DNA of 64,000 nt from a candidate division BRC1 bacterium HGW-BRC1-1 (GTDB lineage: Bacteria > Sumerlaeota > Sumerlaeia > Sumerlaeales > Sumerlaeaceae), in contig PHCB01000006.1 in the NCBI GenBank assembly GCA_002842095.1, forward strand, positions 3,814 to 67,813, in the 5' to 3' direction. The notes under the pieces were generated by a model. That model did no database searches. It was not told where the DNA came from and saw only the letters and a program-made list of their open reading frames with translations. A program made the translations under genes and the position numbers. Shown here piece by piece: positions 31,911-40,918 of this stretch; positions within the stretch are counted from its first letter, which is position 1; each line of letters opens with the position of its first letter.

Positions 31911-32036
31911 GCTCTGTCCCCACCCTCGGGGGTGGGATTGTGGTTCATGAAAATGGAGTGTTCCGCGCTGGCATGGGCGGAACACTCTTTCTTTTTGCGG
32001 GAAGGATTAATCGCCGCCAATTCAACTGAGCTTACT

Positions 32037-32240
32037 CCGGGGGCGGGAATGCCCCCGCCCCTGTCACCCACATTCGGGTCCCCCAACGAAGTAAAGTCTG
32101 AGCTTGCACACCGGTTGCACACCGGTTGCACACCGGTTGCACACCGGGGACATTGGGCAAACCGCCCCTACGATCGGTTCTGGTTTTCCTATTTTACAGT
32201 TCGCGTTCATCCGCATCAATTAGCGGTTCGTCATTCGCCC
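32037..32240. repeat. Composite repeat locus B: R3 hairpin (32037–32069), four tandem 11-mers TTGCACACCGG (32104–32147) and a degenerate R4c (32152–32240)
   Basis: Direct sequence comparison with locus A. The element runs to within 10 nt of the stop of gene 32251..33657. Confidence 0.75.
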
Positions 32241-32250
32241 AGGCGCGTAC

Positions 32251-33657
32251 TCACCGCGCGCGCATCACGAGATCGCCGACGCTCATGGTGCCGTTGGTTG
32301 CGTCGTAGATGAGGGCGCCTTGGTCGTCGTGCTTGTCGGGGCCGAGGCTGTAGAAGCCCGCGGTGTCCGAGCGCGGGAACGACGCGCTTGTGAACGGGTC
32401 CATCGGCTCGGTGGCGATGTACTTCGGCACGAGATCGCCCGGAGCGGACGGGGCGGCGCCCCCTTCCAGTTTCGCTATACGCTCTGCCAGCGCCACCTCC
32501 GTGAGGTGGAAGTGCGCGGCGGAAACCCTCTCGCGGATGGACGTCTCGAGGAAGTTGGGCGAGGCGAAGGACAGCAGCGCGTCGCGCACCATATCGCCGT
32601 ATGGGCCGGCGTACTTGAACATTTTGATAAAGTTGAACTGCTGCTGTTGGTCGTTGCGTGCCTCAAGCATCTCGGCATACTTGGCGCGCAGCGGGTCGTC
32701 AGGCGCGAGTTGCTGCATCCTCCACTCGGGATAGAGTGTAATGGAGTTGATACTCTGGTCGAACAGGTAGGTCACGGGCTTGGAAAAATCCAAGTCCACC
32801 GGGAATCCCTCGCGCTTGAGCGCGCGCAAGTTGCCCAGCGTGTCGGCAAGGGCGATGTCTTCCAGCATGGGCTCATTAACTTGCGCATCGAGGCGTTCCA
32901 TTTCGGCAAGCGATGCCCGCAGTGCCGCCGTGTCATCGCACTGCGCGGCGATGTCGGAGATGGTGGCAGTGGCCATGCGATTCACGGCGATAGCGATGAG
33001 TTGGGATATCAGCGTGGAGGCGGGGTGCCTTCGCGCGAGCGCCAGAACGGAAGTGGCCGTCGCAAGCCCGCGCGAGGTCTCGCCGTCGAGAGCGTCGAGA
33101 CGCGCGCTGAGCAGGGCGACCTTTGCAGCGGTCTGGTAACCAAGAAACTCTACGGCGCTTATCCCGCCGATGGGCGTGTCGGCGGCACCCGTGTCGTAGT
33201 CGGGCCGGGCCGAAAGCGCAAGTGTTGCGGCAATAAGCTCGGAATCCTGCTTGACGAGAGTTGCAGCAGCAGCGCGATCCGCAGCGGACAGCGGCGGTCC
33301 GTACACCATTTGCGCCAAGATTGTCGTGATCGAAGCCGTATCGCGCCCGTCTGGCGATGCTGCCTCGGGAGTCACGGCAAGGGGTGTAACGTCGCCCGAA
33401 CGATTTCTAAAGGCGTCGCCAAAGGCAGTAAGTGCCACCTGCGTTTCCGGCGAGAGCGGTTCAACCTGCGCCCACGAGGCCGGAACCTGCGGAGGCTTGT
33501 GTGCCCGTTCGATCATCGCGAGCTGGTCTGGCGACATCCTGCTGCGCAGGTAGGACCGCAAGCCGTACGGCACCACGACAAACACCAGCACACCCAGCAC
33601 CACCAAAGTAATGAGACATCCCTTCAACTTGCGCTGCCGCGTCCATGTTCCGGTCAT
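32251..33657 (-). CDS. Hypothetical membrane-anchored protein (N-terminal signal-anchor, alpha-helical extracytoplasmic domain)
   Basis: 468-aa ORF; TM LITLVVLGVLVFVVVPYGL; no recognisable catalytic motif. Its last 7 codons (…DLVMRAR) are encoded by sequence that is also repeated at 28437–28457. Confidence 0.5.
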   Translation of the reverse strand: MTGTWTRQRKLKGCLITLVVLGVLVFVVVPYGLRSYLRSRMSPDQLAMIERAHKPPQVPASWAQVEPLSPETQVALTAFGDAFRNRSGDVTPLAVTPEAASPDGRDTASITTILAQMVYGPPLSAADRAAAATLVKQDSELIAATLALSARPDYDTGAADTPIGGISAVEFLGYQTAAKVALLSARLDALDGETSRGLATATSVLALARRHPASTLISQLIAIAVNRMATATISDIAAQCDDTAALRASLAEMERLDAQVNEPMLEDIALADTLGNLRALKREGFPVDLDFSKPVTYLFDQSINSITLYPEWRMQQLAPDDPLRAKYAEMLEARNDQQQQFNFIKMFKYAGPYGDMVRDALLSFASPNFLETSIRERVSAAHFHLTEVALAERIAKLEGGAAPSAPGDLVPKYIATEPMDPFTSASFPRSDTAGFYSLGPDKHDDQGALIYDATNGTMSVGDLVMRAR

Positions 33658-33741
33658 CTGTGGGTCTCCATTCTGATTTCATCCAAACAGGTGTTAGACG
33701 CAAGTGCGCGGGAAAACGATGACACGCGCTTGAACGATTTC

Positions 33742-33935
33742 GGGGGCAGGAATGCCCCCGCTCCTGTCAGAGTTGCTTGAATGGTCAAAGAATCCATCTG
33801 CGTTCATCTGCGCCATCTGCGGATCGATTTCGTGGCAATAGACGGGCACGCTGGTCCGTATCAAAAATTGATTTGTTGTTTTTCTAATAAATCAATTCGC
33901 GTTTATTCGCGTCCATTAGCGGTCAACAATTCGCG
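33742..33935. repeat. Composite repeat locus C: R3 hairpin (33742–33770), R2 heptad triplet (33796–33824) and R4d (33841–33935)
   Basis: R4d supplies the last 11 codons (VRELLTANGRE*) of gene 33903..35750. Confidence 0.75.
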
Positions 33936-35750
33936 GACCACACCGTTTTCGATGACGTGGGTTACTCCGGGTTTTATCTGCACCCCGCCCTCGGCCTCGA
34001 TGGGGTCGCGCCAGTAGAAGCGCCGGTTCAAATAAAACGGATACGTGGGCGAGACGAACTGCACAACGGCGTCGCGCGGGAGGGTGCGGTTCAGTTCATC
34101 GTATTGGCGGATGAGGTCCAGCCCGAAGGGTTTCGTCTCCAGATAGCTCAGGCGGTCCTCCGCCGTGAGAACCGGGCGATAGCCCCACGCGACGGTCTCG
34201 TAGCCGCCCCACTGGACCTGCTTGCTGCCGTAGGTCCAAGCGAGCGCGGCGGCCACCGCCGCCAGCCCGCCGTAGCGCAGCGTGGGCGACACCTCGCGCC
34301 GTGCACCCAGCCACGCCATGCCAGCGCCCACGGCCACGAACACCGCCGGATAGCACATGGCGAAATATTTGATGGTCTCGCTCTGGCCAGCCGTCCAAAT
34401 GTACACGACCCATTGCACCAAGGCCACCGCACCCAGAGCGCGCAGACGGGCGTCACGCACGGCGAACAGCGCCAGCACCACCGCCGCGTGCAGAACGAAA
34501 CCGGGACTGCGCTCGGCCACGGCGAAATTCAGTTTGTCGGGCACGGCGCGCAGTGCCTCCAGCGCCCCCGCCGGAGAGAACGCGTGGATATCCAATCGTC
34601 CGCCACCACCGCCCGCGCCCGCTGCGGCAACTGCAGCGCTGAAACTTTCATTCATGGGCATCCATTCGCGGAACATCGGAAAAAACGGATTGCCACTACC
34701 CAGCGTGGCGCTTCGCACGGCCCACAGGGCGAACGGTAGACACGCCAGCGCTACGGCCCCTGCGGCCATCTTCCAACCCACACGACGCCGCACCACCGCC
34801 ACCGCAAGCAGCACCAGCCACGGGGCTAATCCATAACCCAGCGCCGTAATTTTCGTGGCCACGGCAAACCCGGTTAGCACCCCCGACAGCATCCACAGGG
34901 CAGCGTTGCGTCGCGCCTCCCCCGCACCAAACCCCGCCTCCACGGCCACCAGCAAACCCGCCGTGGCGAACATGGCCACGGTCAGTTCAGCGCCCGTGTT
35001 GATGGGCACAAACCATACGTTGGCCCCATACGCCGTGGCGCACAGCAGCCACGTCCACGCGCCCGCCACCGCGCCAAACCACCGCCGCGCAAACAGCGCC
35101 GCCACGGAGAAGCACAGAAACCCCTCCAGCGCATACAGCAGCGAGCAATCGATTTCGTCGCCAAGCATCAGCGCGATGGAATACAGCACCGACCCATGCA
35201 GCGCGTAATTGCTGGGGAAAACCTCGGGCCACGCATCCAGCCGCCCCCACCAGATCCACGCCCGCGCGCACGAGAGGTGGTACCAGAGGGAATCCTGCTG
35301 GGCATCGGGCGCCAGCGCCCCCAGCAGCGTGTTTAACGCGGCCGCGGCGCAGAGGAGGCCGATCAGCCACAGAAGCCAGCGCGGCGCGTCAGACGCGGTT
35401 GTCGCGGCCTTCGGGAGCGATGTCTGTGCTTCTTGCCGCTGCGACCGCCACGATTTCCGATCGCCCCACATGCGCCATGCGCCGCCCGCCGCGCAAGCCA
35501 GCACCAGCGCACCAACCCACACCGGATGCCATATCCCGGCCAGCCCCGTAACCACCATCACCGCGCCGAGCAGCCCCAGCCCCAGGACCGCGCAAACCGC
35601 GAGGTCCAGCGCTGGCGACCAAACAAACGGTTTTTCCCCGCGCAGGCGCGCCAACACCTGTCCCCCGGCGCCCACCGCCGCCGCCAGCGCGACGGCGCTT
35701 TTCGCCAGATAAACCAGCACCAGCAGGAAGGTGAGGGCAGCGTTGGTCAT
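33903..35750 (-). CDS. Polytopic membrane protein, putative GT-C-type glycosyltransferase (DUF2029/PMT/ArnT-like)
   Basis: 615 aa; 10 or more TM helices in the N-terminal two-thirds with periplasmic loops rich in W/Y, and a C-terminal soluble domain. No catalytic motif confirmed. Confidence 0.4.
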   Translation of the reverse strand: MTNAALTFLLVLVYLAKSAVALAAAVGAGGQVLARLRGEKPFVWSPALDLAVCAVLGLGLLGAVMVVTGLAGIWHPVWVGALVLACAAGGAWRMWGDRKSWRSQRQEAQTSLPKAATTASDAPRWLLWLIGLLCAAAALNTLLGALAPDAQQDSLWYHLSCARAWIWWGRLDAWPEVFPSNYALHGSVLYSIALMLGDEIDCSLLYALEGFLCFSVAALFARRWFGAVAGAWTWLLCATAYGANVWFVPINTGAELTVAMFATAGLLVAVEAGFGAGEARRNAALWMLSGVLTGFAVATKITALGYGLAPWLVLLAVAVVRRRVGWKMAAGAVALACLPFALWAVRSATLGSGNPFFPMFREWMPMNESFSAAVAAAGAGGGGGRLDIHAFSPAGALEALRAVPDKLNFAVAERSPGFVLHAAVVLALFAVRDARLRALGAVALVQWVVYIWTAGQSETIKYFAMCYPAVFVAVGAGMAWLGARREVSPTLRYGGLAAVAAALAWTYGSKQVQWGGYETVAWGYRPVLTAEDRLSYLETKPFGLDLIRQYDELNRTLPRDAVVQFVSPTYPFYLNRRFYWRDPIEAEGGVQIKPGVTHVIENGVVRELLTANGRE

Positions 35751-35896
35751 GAGGTCAGCCGGCCACGGCCGAAATAATGGGAGTGATAAGAAGAATGGGA
35801 GTTATGAAAAACGGAAGCTGTCAGACCAACCATTTACATCACTCTCATAATTCCCAGAACTCCCATACTTCCCATTTCTTTGAACCCACCCGCCTC

Positions 35897-37741
35897 TCAG
35901 AACAGGTCCGGCATTGCCCCGGGGTCGGTTGCTTCTTCCTCGGCCACAGCTTCCACGTTCGCGCGCGGCTTGATCCAGTCGCCCGTCGTCATCTCGCGGT
36001 AGCTGCTGCCGGGCCCGACCATCGGGTACACGCCCGCGTCGGGGTCGATCATCACTTCCAGCAGCGCCGGTCCGTCGAACTCGATGAACTTCTCCAGCGT
36101 CTTGCGCACCGCGGCGTTTTCCGTCACGCGCTTCGCGAACCCGAAACCGTCGGCCTCCGCCGCCCTGACAAAATCCTTCTTGTGCAGGCTCTTGTCGGTG
36201 CCCGAGAAGCGGTTGCCGAAGTACATCTTCTGCCACTGGCGCACCATGCCGTCGCCCAGATTGTTCAGCAGCAGCACCTTCACCGGCACGTCGTAGGTGG
36301 TCAGCGTTTCAAGCTCGCCGAGGTTCATGCGGATGCTTCCGTCGCCGTCCACGTCGATAACCGTCTTGCCCGGGCAGGCCAGCTGCGCTCCGATGGCCGC
36401 CGGCAGGCCGAAGCCCATGGTGCCCATGCTGCCGCTGGTGATCCACGTGCGCTCTTTTTGGAAATCGCAATATTGCGCGGCCCACATCTGGTGCTGGCCC
36501 ACGCCCGTCGTCACGATGGCATCGCCCTTCGTGATGACGTTCAGTTCCTCCAACACGCGGTAAGGCTGTATGAGCGGGCTGTTGCGGTCGTAATTCATGG
36601 GGTGTTCGGCCTTCAACGCCTTGCAGTGTTTCTGCCAGGGCGTGAACGACTTCTTGAAGTTGCGACCATAAGCCGTCAGGTCCGCCAGACCAACCTTCGC
36701 CTGCCCGACCCAGCTCCAGTCGACCGCCTTCACCTTGCCGATCTCCGCCGCGTCGATATCGATGTGCGCGATGAACTTTGCGTTCTGCGCAAATTCCTTC
36801 ACCTTGCCCGCCACGCGGTCGTCGAAGCGCGACCCCACCGCCATCAGGAAATCGCAATCGTCCACGGCGTAATTGGCAAAGGCCGCGCCGTGCATACCCA
36901 GCATGCGCATACTCAGGGGGTCGGTGGTGCTCACCGATCCGATGCCCATGAGGGTAGTCACCACGGGGATTCCGAAGGCCTTCGCGAAAGCGCGCAATTC
37001 TTTCGCCGCATTGCCCGCGATCACGCCGCCTCCCGCGTAAATCAGCGGGCGCTCCGACTTCGCCAACTGCGCGAAAAATTCCTTGGCCTGCTCCTTCTCC
37101 ATGCGACGCGAGGCGAGGTCTTCCTGCCGTTCGCGGTAGCCGCGCAGGCTCAACGTCCCTGTGCCCTGATACTGCCCCATCCAATTCTGCACGTCCTTGG
37201 GCACGTCGATGACCACCGGACCGGGGCGACCCGTGGTAGCGATTTCAAACGCGGTGCGCATCGTGGCTTCCAGTTCCTCGGGTTCTTTCACGAGGAAAAC
37301 GTGTTTCGCGCAGGCCGTCATGATGTTGAAAACCGGCGCTTCCTGGAAGGCGTCGGTGCCGATGGCGGCGCGGGGCACCTGGCCCGAAATCATAACCAAC
37401 GGGATTGAGTCGGCCATGCAGTCACGGATGGGCGTCACGGTGTTGGTGGCTCCGGGGCCGCTGGTCACGATGAGCGCGCCGGGGCGACCGCTAGCGCGGG
37501 CGTAACCCGCCGCCATGAATCCGGCCCCCTGCTCGTTGGCCGGCACCACGAGGCGCAGCTTGCTGTTGCCGGCGGCCGTGTTGTGGCGTAGCACCGCGTC
37601 GTAGGTGGGCAGAATCGCCCCGCCGCTATAGCCGAATACGGTGTCGACACCCTGCTGGGCGAGGACCTCCACAATCATTTCGGCGCCCGACATGGTCTTG
37701 CCCGCTGCGCCTTTGGCGCCCTTCACTGCTGCTGCACTCAT
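35897..37741 (-). CDS. ilvB: Acetolactate synthase (acetohydroxyacid synthase) large subunit, TPP/FAD-dependent
   Basis: MSGAEMIVEVLAQQGVDTVFGYSGGAILPTYDAV…GPGATN…; TPP-binding GDGS…N motif (IDVDGDGSIRMNLGELET). Start set at ATG 37741 (MSAAAVKG); the ORF-track extension to 37906 looks non-coding. No ilvN or ilvC adjacent. Confidence 0.7.
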   Translation of the reverse strand: MSAAAVKGAKGAAGKTMSGAEMIVEVLAQQGVDTVFGYSGGAILPTYDAVLRHNTAAGNSKLRLVVPANEQGAGFMAAGYARASGRPGALIVTSGPGATNTVTPIRDCMADSIPLVMISGQVPRAAIGTDAFQEAPVFNIMTACAKHVFLVKEPEELEATMRTAFEIATTGRPGPVVIDVPKDVQNWMGQYQGTGTLSLRGYRERQEDLASRRMEKEQAKEFFAQLAKSERPLIYAGGGVIAGNAAKELRAFAKAFGIPVVTTLMGIGSVSTTDPLSMRMLGMHGAAFANYAVDDCDFLMAVGSRFDDRVAGKVKEFAQNAKFIAHIDIDAAEIGKVKAVDWSWVGQAKVGLADLTAYGRNFKKSFTPWQKHCKALKAEHPMNYDRNSPLIQPYRVLEELNVITKGDAIVTTGVGQHQMWAAQYCDFQKERTWITSGSMGTMGFGLPAAIGAQLACPGKTVIDVDGDGSIRMNLGELETLTTYDVPVKVLLLNNLGDGMVRQWQKMYFGNRFSGTDKSLHKKDFVRAAEADGFGFAKRVTENAAVRKTLEKFIEFDGPALLEVMIDPDAGVYPMVGPGSSYREMTTGDWIKPRANVEAVAEEEATDPGAMPDLF

Positions 37742-37837
37742 GGCTTTTGAACTCCGGTGGGGGGTGTTGGATAATGCGCAACAGGCATAAAGGATGCAGA
37801 GGATGCAACGCAAGGGGGATTTCAAAAACGGAAAATT

Positions 37838-38100
37838 TGACGCAAAGACGCGAAGGACGCAAAGAAAAGCAGAAGCAAATGCTTCGACACAAAGACACAA
37901 AGTCACAAAGGAAAACCAAAGATCAGAAATTCAGAACTCAAAGATCTCGATAACCATTCTCCACCAAACCCAGCTAACTACTAATTTAGTTTTGATTAGT
38001 TTTCACTTATAACATACCCTCGGAATGCCACACGGTGTAAGGGTCATCGGACAATCGTCTTCAGTTTTTTTCGCTTTTCTTTGCGTTCTTTGCGCCTTTG
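37838..38100. repeat. Pair of inverted approximately 32-nt arms (GACGCAAAGACGCGAAGGACGCAAAGAAAAGC at 37838–37869 and its near reverse complement at 38068–38099), each built from 9-nt-phased CAAAG-containing repeats
   Basis: Direct comparison. A related direct copy GGCACAAAGGCACGAAGGCACAAAGAAATGC is at 42128–42160. Confidence 0.6.
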
Positions 38101-38138
38101 CGTCGGGATTTTTCGCTATTTTTTGTGTCGCGGAAATT

Positions 38139-38183
38139 AAAAAAAGGGCAGAACCTCCGGATTCAACTCCGGTGGTTCTGCCC
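38139..38183 (-). terminator. Rho-independent terminator for gene 38216..39982
   Basis: On the minus strand: GGGCAGAACCACCGG-AGTTGAAT-CCGGAGGTTCTGCCC followed by TTTTTTT. Confidence 0.7.
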
Positions 38184-38215
38184 GACTTACTTTTAGTTGT
38201 TACGTGAAGACTGGC

Positions 38216-39982
38216 TTAGAAAAGCTGCCAATCGGTGACGCTGGCTCCGACCGGGGGAACCACGCTGGCCCAGGTGCCACCGGCGCGGACTGCGTCGATG
38301 TCGGCTTCCCAGGGGTTTCCGAAGTTTTGCTGACGAACCACAAAGCCCGACAGGTAGGAGCTGGAATCAGTTTCCGTGCCCTGCTTGGTAACCGTCTGGA
38401 ATGCGGTGGCCGGCTCGGTGGTCGGGAACGGATCGGTCGCTGCGAAGACAAACAGCTTGCTCTCGTCGTCTGCGGCACCGTTGAAGGAGTACTTCACAAC
38501 GATCAGGTAGGTCTGATCGACGTTCAGATCAACACCCACAGGGACCGCAGTGCTGAACAGGAAGAAGCTGTGGCCAAGGCGGTAGGTTGAAGCACTGGTA
38601 CCAGCCATCATGTAAAGCGCACTGCGGGTGAAAGTACCCGATCCCTCACGGAAGCCGGTCAGTTGCGGGTTGCTGGCGCTCACGTTCGCGCCGCCCGTGG
38701 GGACATTCAGCAGAAAGCTCTGGTACACCGAGCCATCGGCAAGGGGTGCGAAGGGTGCCACAACGCCCTGACCGTTTGCAACAGCACCCAACGCCTGGAT
38801 CTTGTTGCCCAGCGACGCTGCGCGACCCAAGCCCGTGAAAGTGAGCGAGGCGGGAAGAACCTGAGCGGCTGTGCCCGACTGGAATTGAACCCAGGGGCCG
38901 TTGCCAACCAGATCGCCAGCGGGATAATCAATTTCGTCATAAAGGAACAGGCCGGCAGGATTGTTCGCCGTGGCAAGAGCCTTGACGTTTTTGTCGGTCG
39001 TGCCGGCGGTGGAAACTACCACGTTGCCCTCGAGCACACCAGCAGCGGCGGCGGTAGCGCGCACGTCGATAGACGTGACGGCTACACTGCCACTGGCAGG
39101 AACCAGAGAGACGGAAGCGCTATAGGTGGGGTCGGCGGTCTTCTTCACTTCGAAGCCGGCGGGAGGTGTGACGACCACATTGCCCGTCAGGTTCGCGCCA
39201 GAAACATCAAAGCTCTTGGCGGCAGAGACGCCCGGAACCGGCCAGACGTTACCGAAGGAGCCGAGATCTGTGGTACTGACCGTCAGAGATGGGGAGGCAG
39301 CGGCACCGGAGGTGATGCTGATGTCGTCGATGCCGACAAACTCATCACTGCCACCAGCATTTGCCGTAATGATACGAATTTGAACCTCTGCCTGATTTTC
39401 CACTGCCACAGGCAATGTGACGCTAACTGGTGTTACCAGGGTTGCCAGGCTGGGCCCTTCGGTCGCATCGGCGACAAAGCCGCCAGCAACATTGGTGAAG
39501 TCGCCCGTACTGCCTATACGATACTGTAAGGCAACCGGCTGGATGGCATTGTCCACAGCGTCATCGATGTCGCGAAGATTATAAGAAATCTGCACGCCTG
39601 TTTTGGCGGTAGTGTTAATGTGGATAACAATAGCCGGAGCATCGGCGGTACCCGAACCCTGCATCGCCACCACGGGATTCGCGATCTCCGCCTCAATTAC
39701 GCCACCCGAAGTGTACGTGCCAGGAGAAGTGTTGTTAGCGATAACGTTCACTGTTCCCTCGAACGCCAGAATCGTTTGCGGGTCTGTGCCCGTGGAGCCC
39801 GTGAGTGCATCACCGCGATACCCCATGATCCCTGGTACGCCCGACCAGTCGTTGTCCACCGTGATCAAGCCCGTGTTCGTCCAGTCCTGCGAAAACGGCA
39901 GGGTCTGGTAGGTGGTGTCGGCCAGAGCCGGGGCGGCGAGGGCGAGGGTCAGCCCTATGGTTGCAATATATTTCTTAAACAT
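38216..39982 (-). CDS. Secreted beta-rich surface protein (signal peptide; Thr/Gly/Ser/Val-rich, likely repetitive beta-sandwich domains)
   Basis: 588 aa; MFKKYIATIGLTLALAAPALA signal peptide; composition typical of S-layer or adhesin-like proteins; no catalytic motif. Confidence 0.5.
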   Translation of the reverse strand: MFKKYIATIGLTLALAAPALADTTYQTLPFSQDWTNTGLITVDNDWSGVPGIMGYRGDALTGSTGTDPQTILAFEGTVNVIANNTSPGTYTSGGVIEAEIANPVVAMQGSGTADAPAIVIHINTTAKTGVQISYNLRDIDDAVDNAIQPVALQYRIGSTGDFTNVAGGFVADATEGPSLATLVTPVSVTLPVAVENQAEVQIRIITANAGGSDEFVGIDDISITSGAAASPSLTVSTTDLGSFGNVWPVPGVSAAKSFDVSGANLTGNVVVTPPAGFEVKKTADPTYSASVSLVPASGSVAVTSIDVRATAAAAGVLEGNVVVSTAGTTDKNVKALATANNPAGLFLYDEIDYPAGDLVGNGPWVQFQSGTAAQVLPASLTFTGLGRAASLGNKIQALGAVANGQGVVAPFAPLADGSVYQSFLLNVPTGGANVSASNPQLTGFREGSGTFTRSALYMMAGTSASTYRLGHSFFLFSTAVPVGVDLNVDQTYLIVVKYSFNGAADDESKLFVFAATDPFPTTEPATAFQTVTKQGTETDSSSYLSGFVVRQQNFGNPWEADIDAVRAGGTWASVVPPVGASVTDWQLF

Positions 39983-40222
39983 TTTCGATGAATCCTCCCG
40001 AAAATAAGATGGGTTTTTTGATGACGCTTTGACTTACATCCCGTGGAATTTTTCTGCGGCGGGTTAACGTAATAGGAATCACCGCCTGAGCGTCCTGAAT
40101 CAAGAAAAACCTTGCCCCGAAGGCAAAATTTTCCACCGCGACCGGCGCGAACACTCACACCGCTGAACTTGGGGTGCGCGACACCCTTGACTTTTCAAAG
40201 CGTCGCCACGGTATTTGGTCCC

Positions 40223-40888
40223 ATGAAAACCAAACCTTATTTTTCACTCATGGCCGCCGGTGCTGCGGCCCTTCTGATAACCGCCTGTGGCGGAGAAAAA
40301 ACCGAACCAACCGCCACCACCCCCGAAGCCGAGGGGAACGTACCGACGATCGTCCTGCCCGAAACCACTCCGGCCCTCAGCGTGGCCCCGCCCACACGCG
40401 AGAGCCCCGAACCAACCTCCCCCACCGCCACCTCCGCGCCCAGTGATGAGACCACCGCCCCGGCAGTCAACCCCGCGCCAGAAACCTCGGCCCCCATGGC
40501 CATGGCCCCACCCCTGGATGTGCGCGCCGCAGTGACACCCGCCCCCACGCCGGTGATTGAAGAGAACATCCCCCCTGCCGCAGCTTTGGCCACGGTGCGC
40601 TCCGTGCTCGTTACCATCGACCCGCTGACCCAGCCGCGTCTGACCGCAGATAAAGAAGCCGTTATGCGCACCAACATGATGCACGTAATGCGCAAAGTGG
40701 AAGAGCCGGGAGCGTACAGCAAGGACGACCGGGAAAACGCCTCGGAACTGGCGGGAAAAATTGCCTATCAGTTTGAGGAAGCTCGCAACGCAACCAACGC
40801 CGATGTCACCATCAAACATTTAAAGCGCGCCGAAGAACTGCTTGGGCCGCTGGAAGAGACCGTGTCGCACGGCGCGGAATCTCAATAA
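40223..40888 (+). CDS. Lipoprotein with Pro/Thr/Ala-rich linker and a small C-terminal domain
   Basis: MKTKPYFSLMAAGAAALLITAC (lipobox LITAC), then PTATTPEAEG…APTPV low-complexity region. ORF-track start at 40112 is upstream of the signal peptide. Confidence 0.55.
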   Translation: MKTKPYFSLMAAGAAALLITACGGEKTEPTATTPEAEGNVPTIVLPETTPALSVAPPTRESPEPTSPTATSAPSDETTAPAVNPAPETSAPMAMAPPLDVRAAVTPAPTPVIEENIPPAAALATVRSVLVTIDPLTQPRLTADKEAVMRTNMMHVMRKVEEPGAYSKDDRENASELAGKIAYQFEEARNATNADVTIKHLKRAEELLGPLEETVSHGAESQ

Positions 40889-40918
40889 ACGCCTTCGGGG
40901 CGAAAGGTTTCAGGGCAT

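Noticed and set aside
32104-32147. Possible CRISPR array (also considered for the 9-mer ATGGAC arrays at 51132, 60715 and 62535)
   Set aside because: The repeats are directly adjacent 9–11-mers with no spacers, far shorter than CRISPR repeats, and no cas genes are present.
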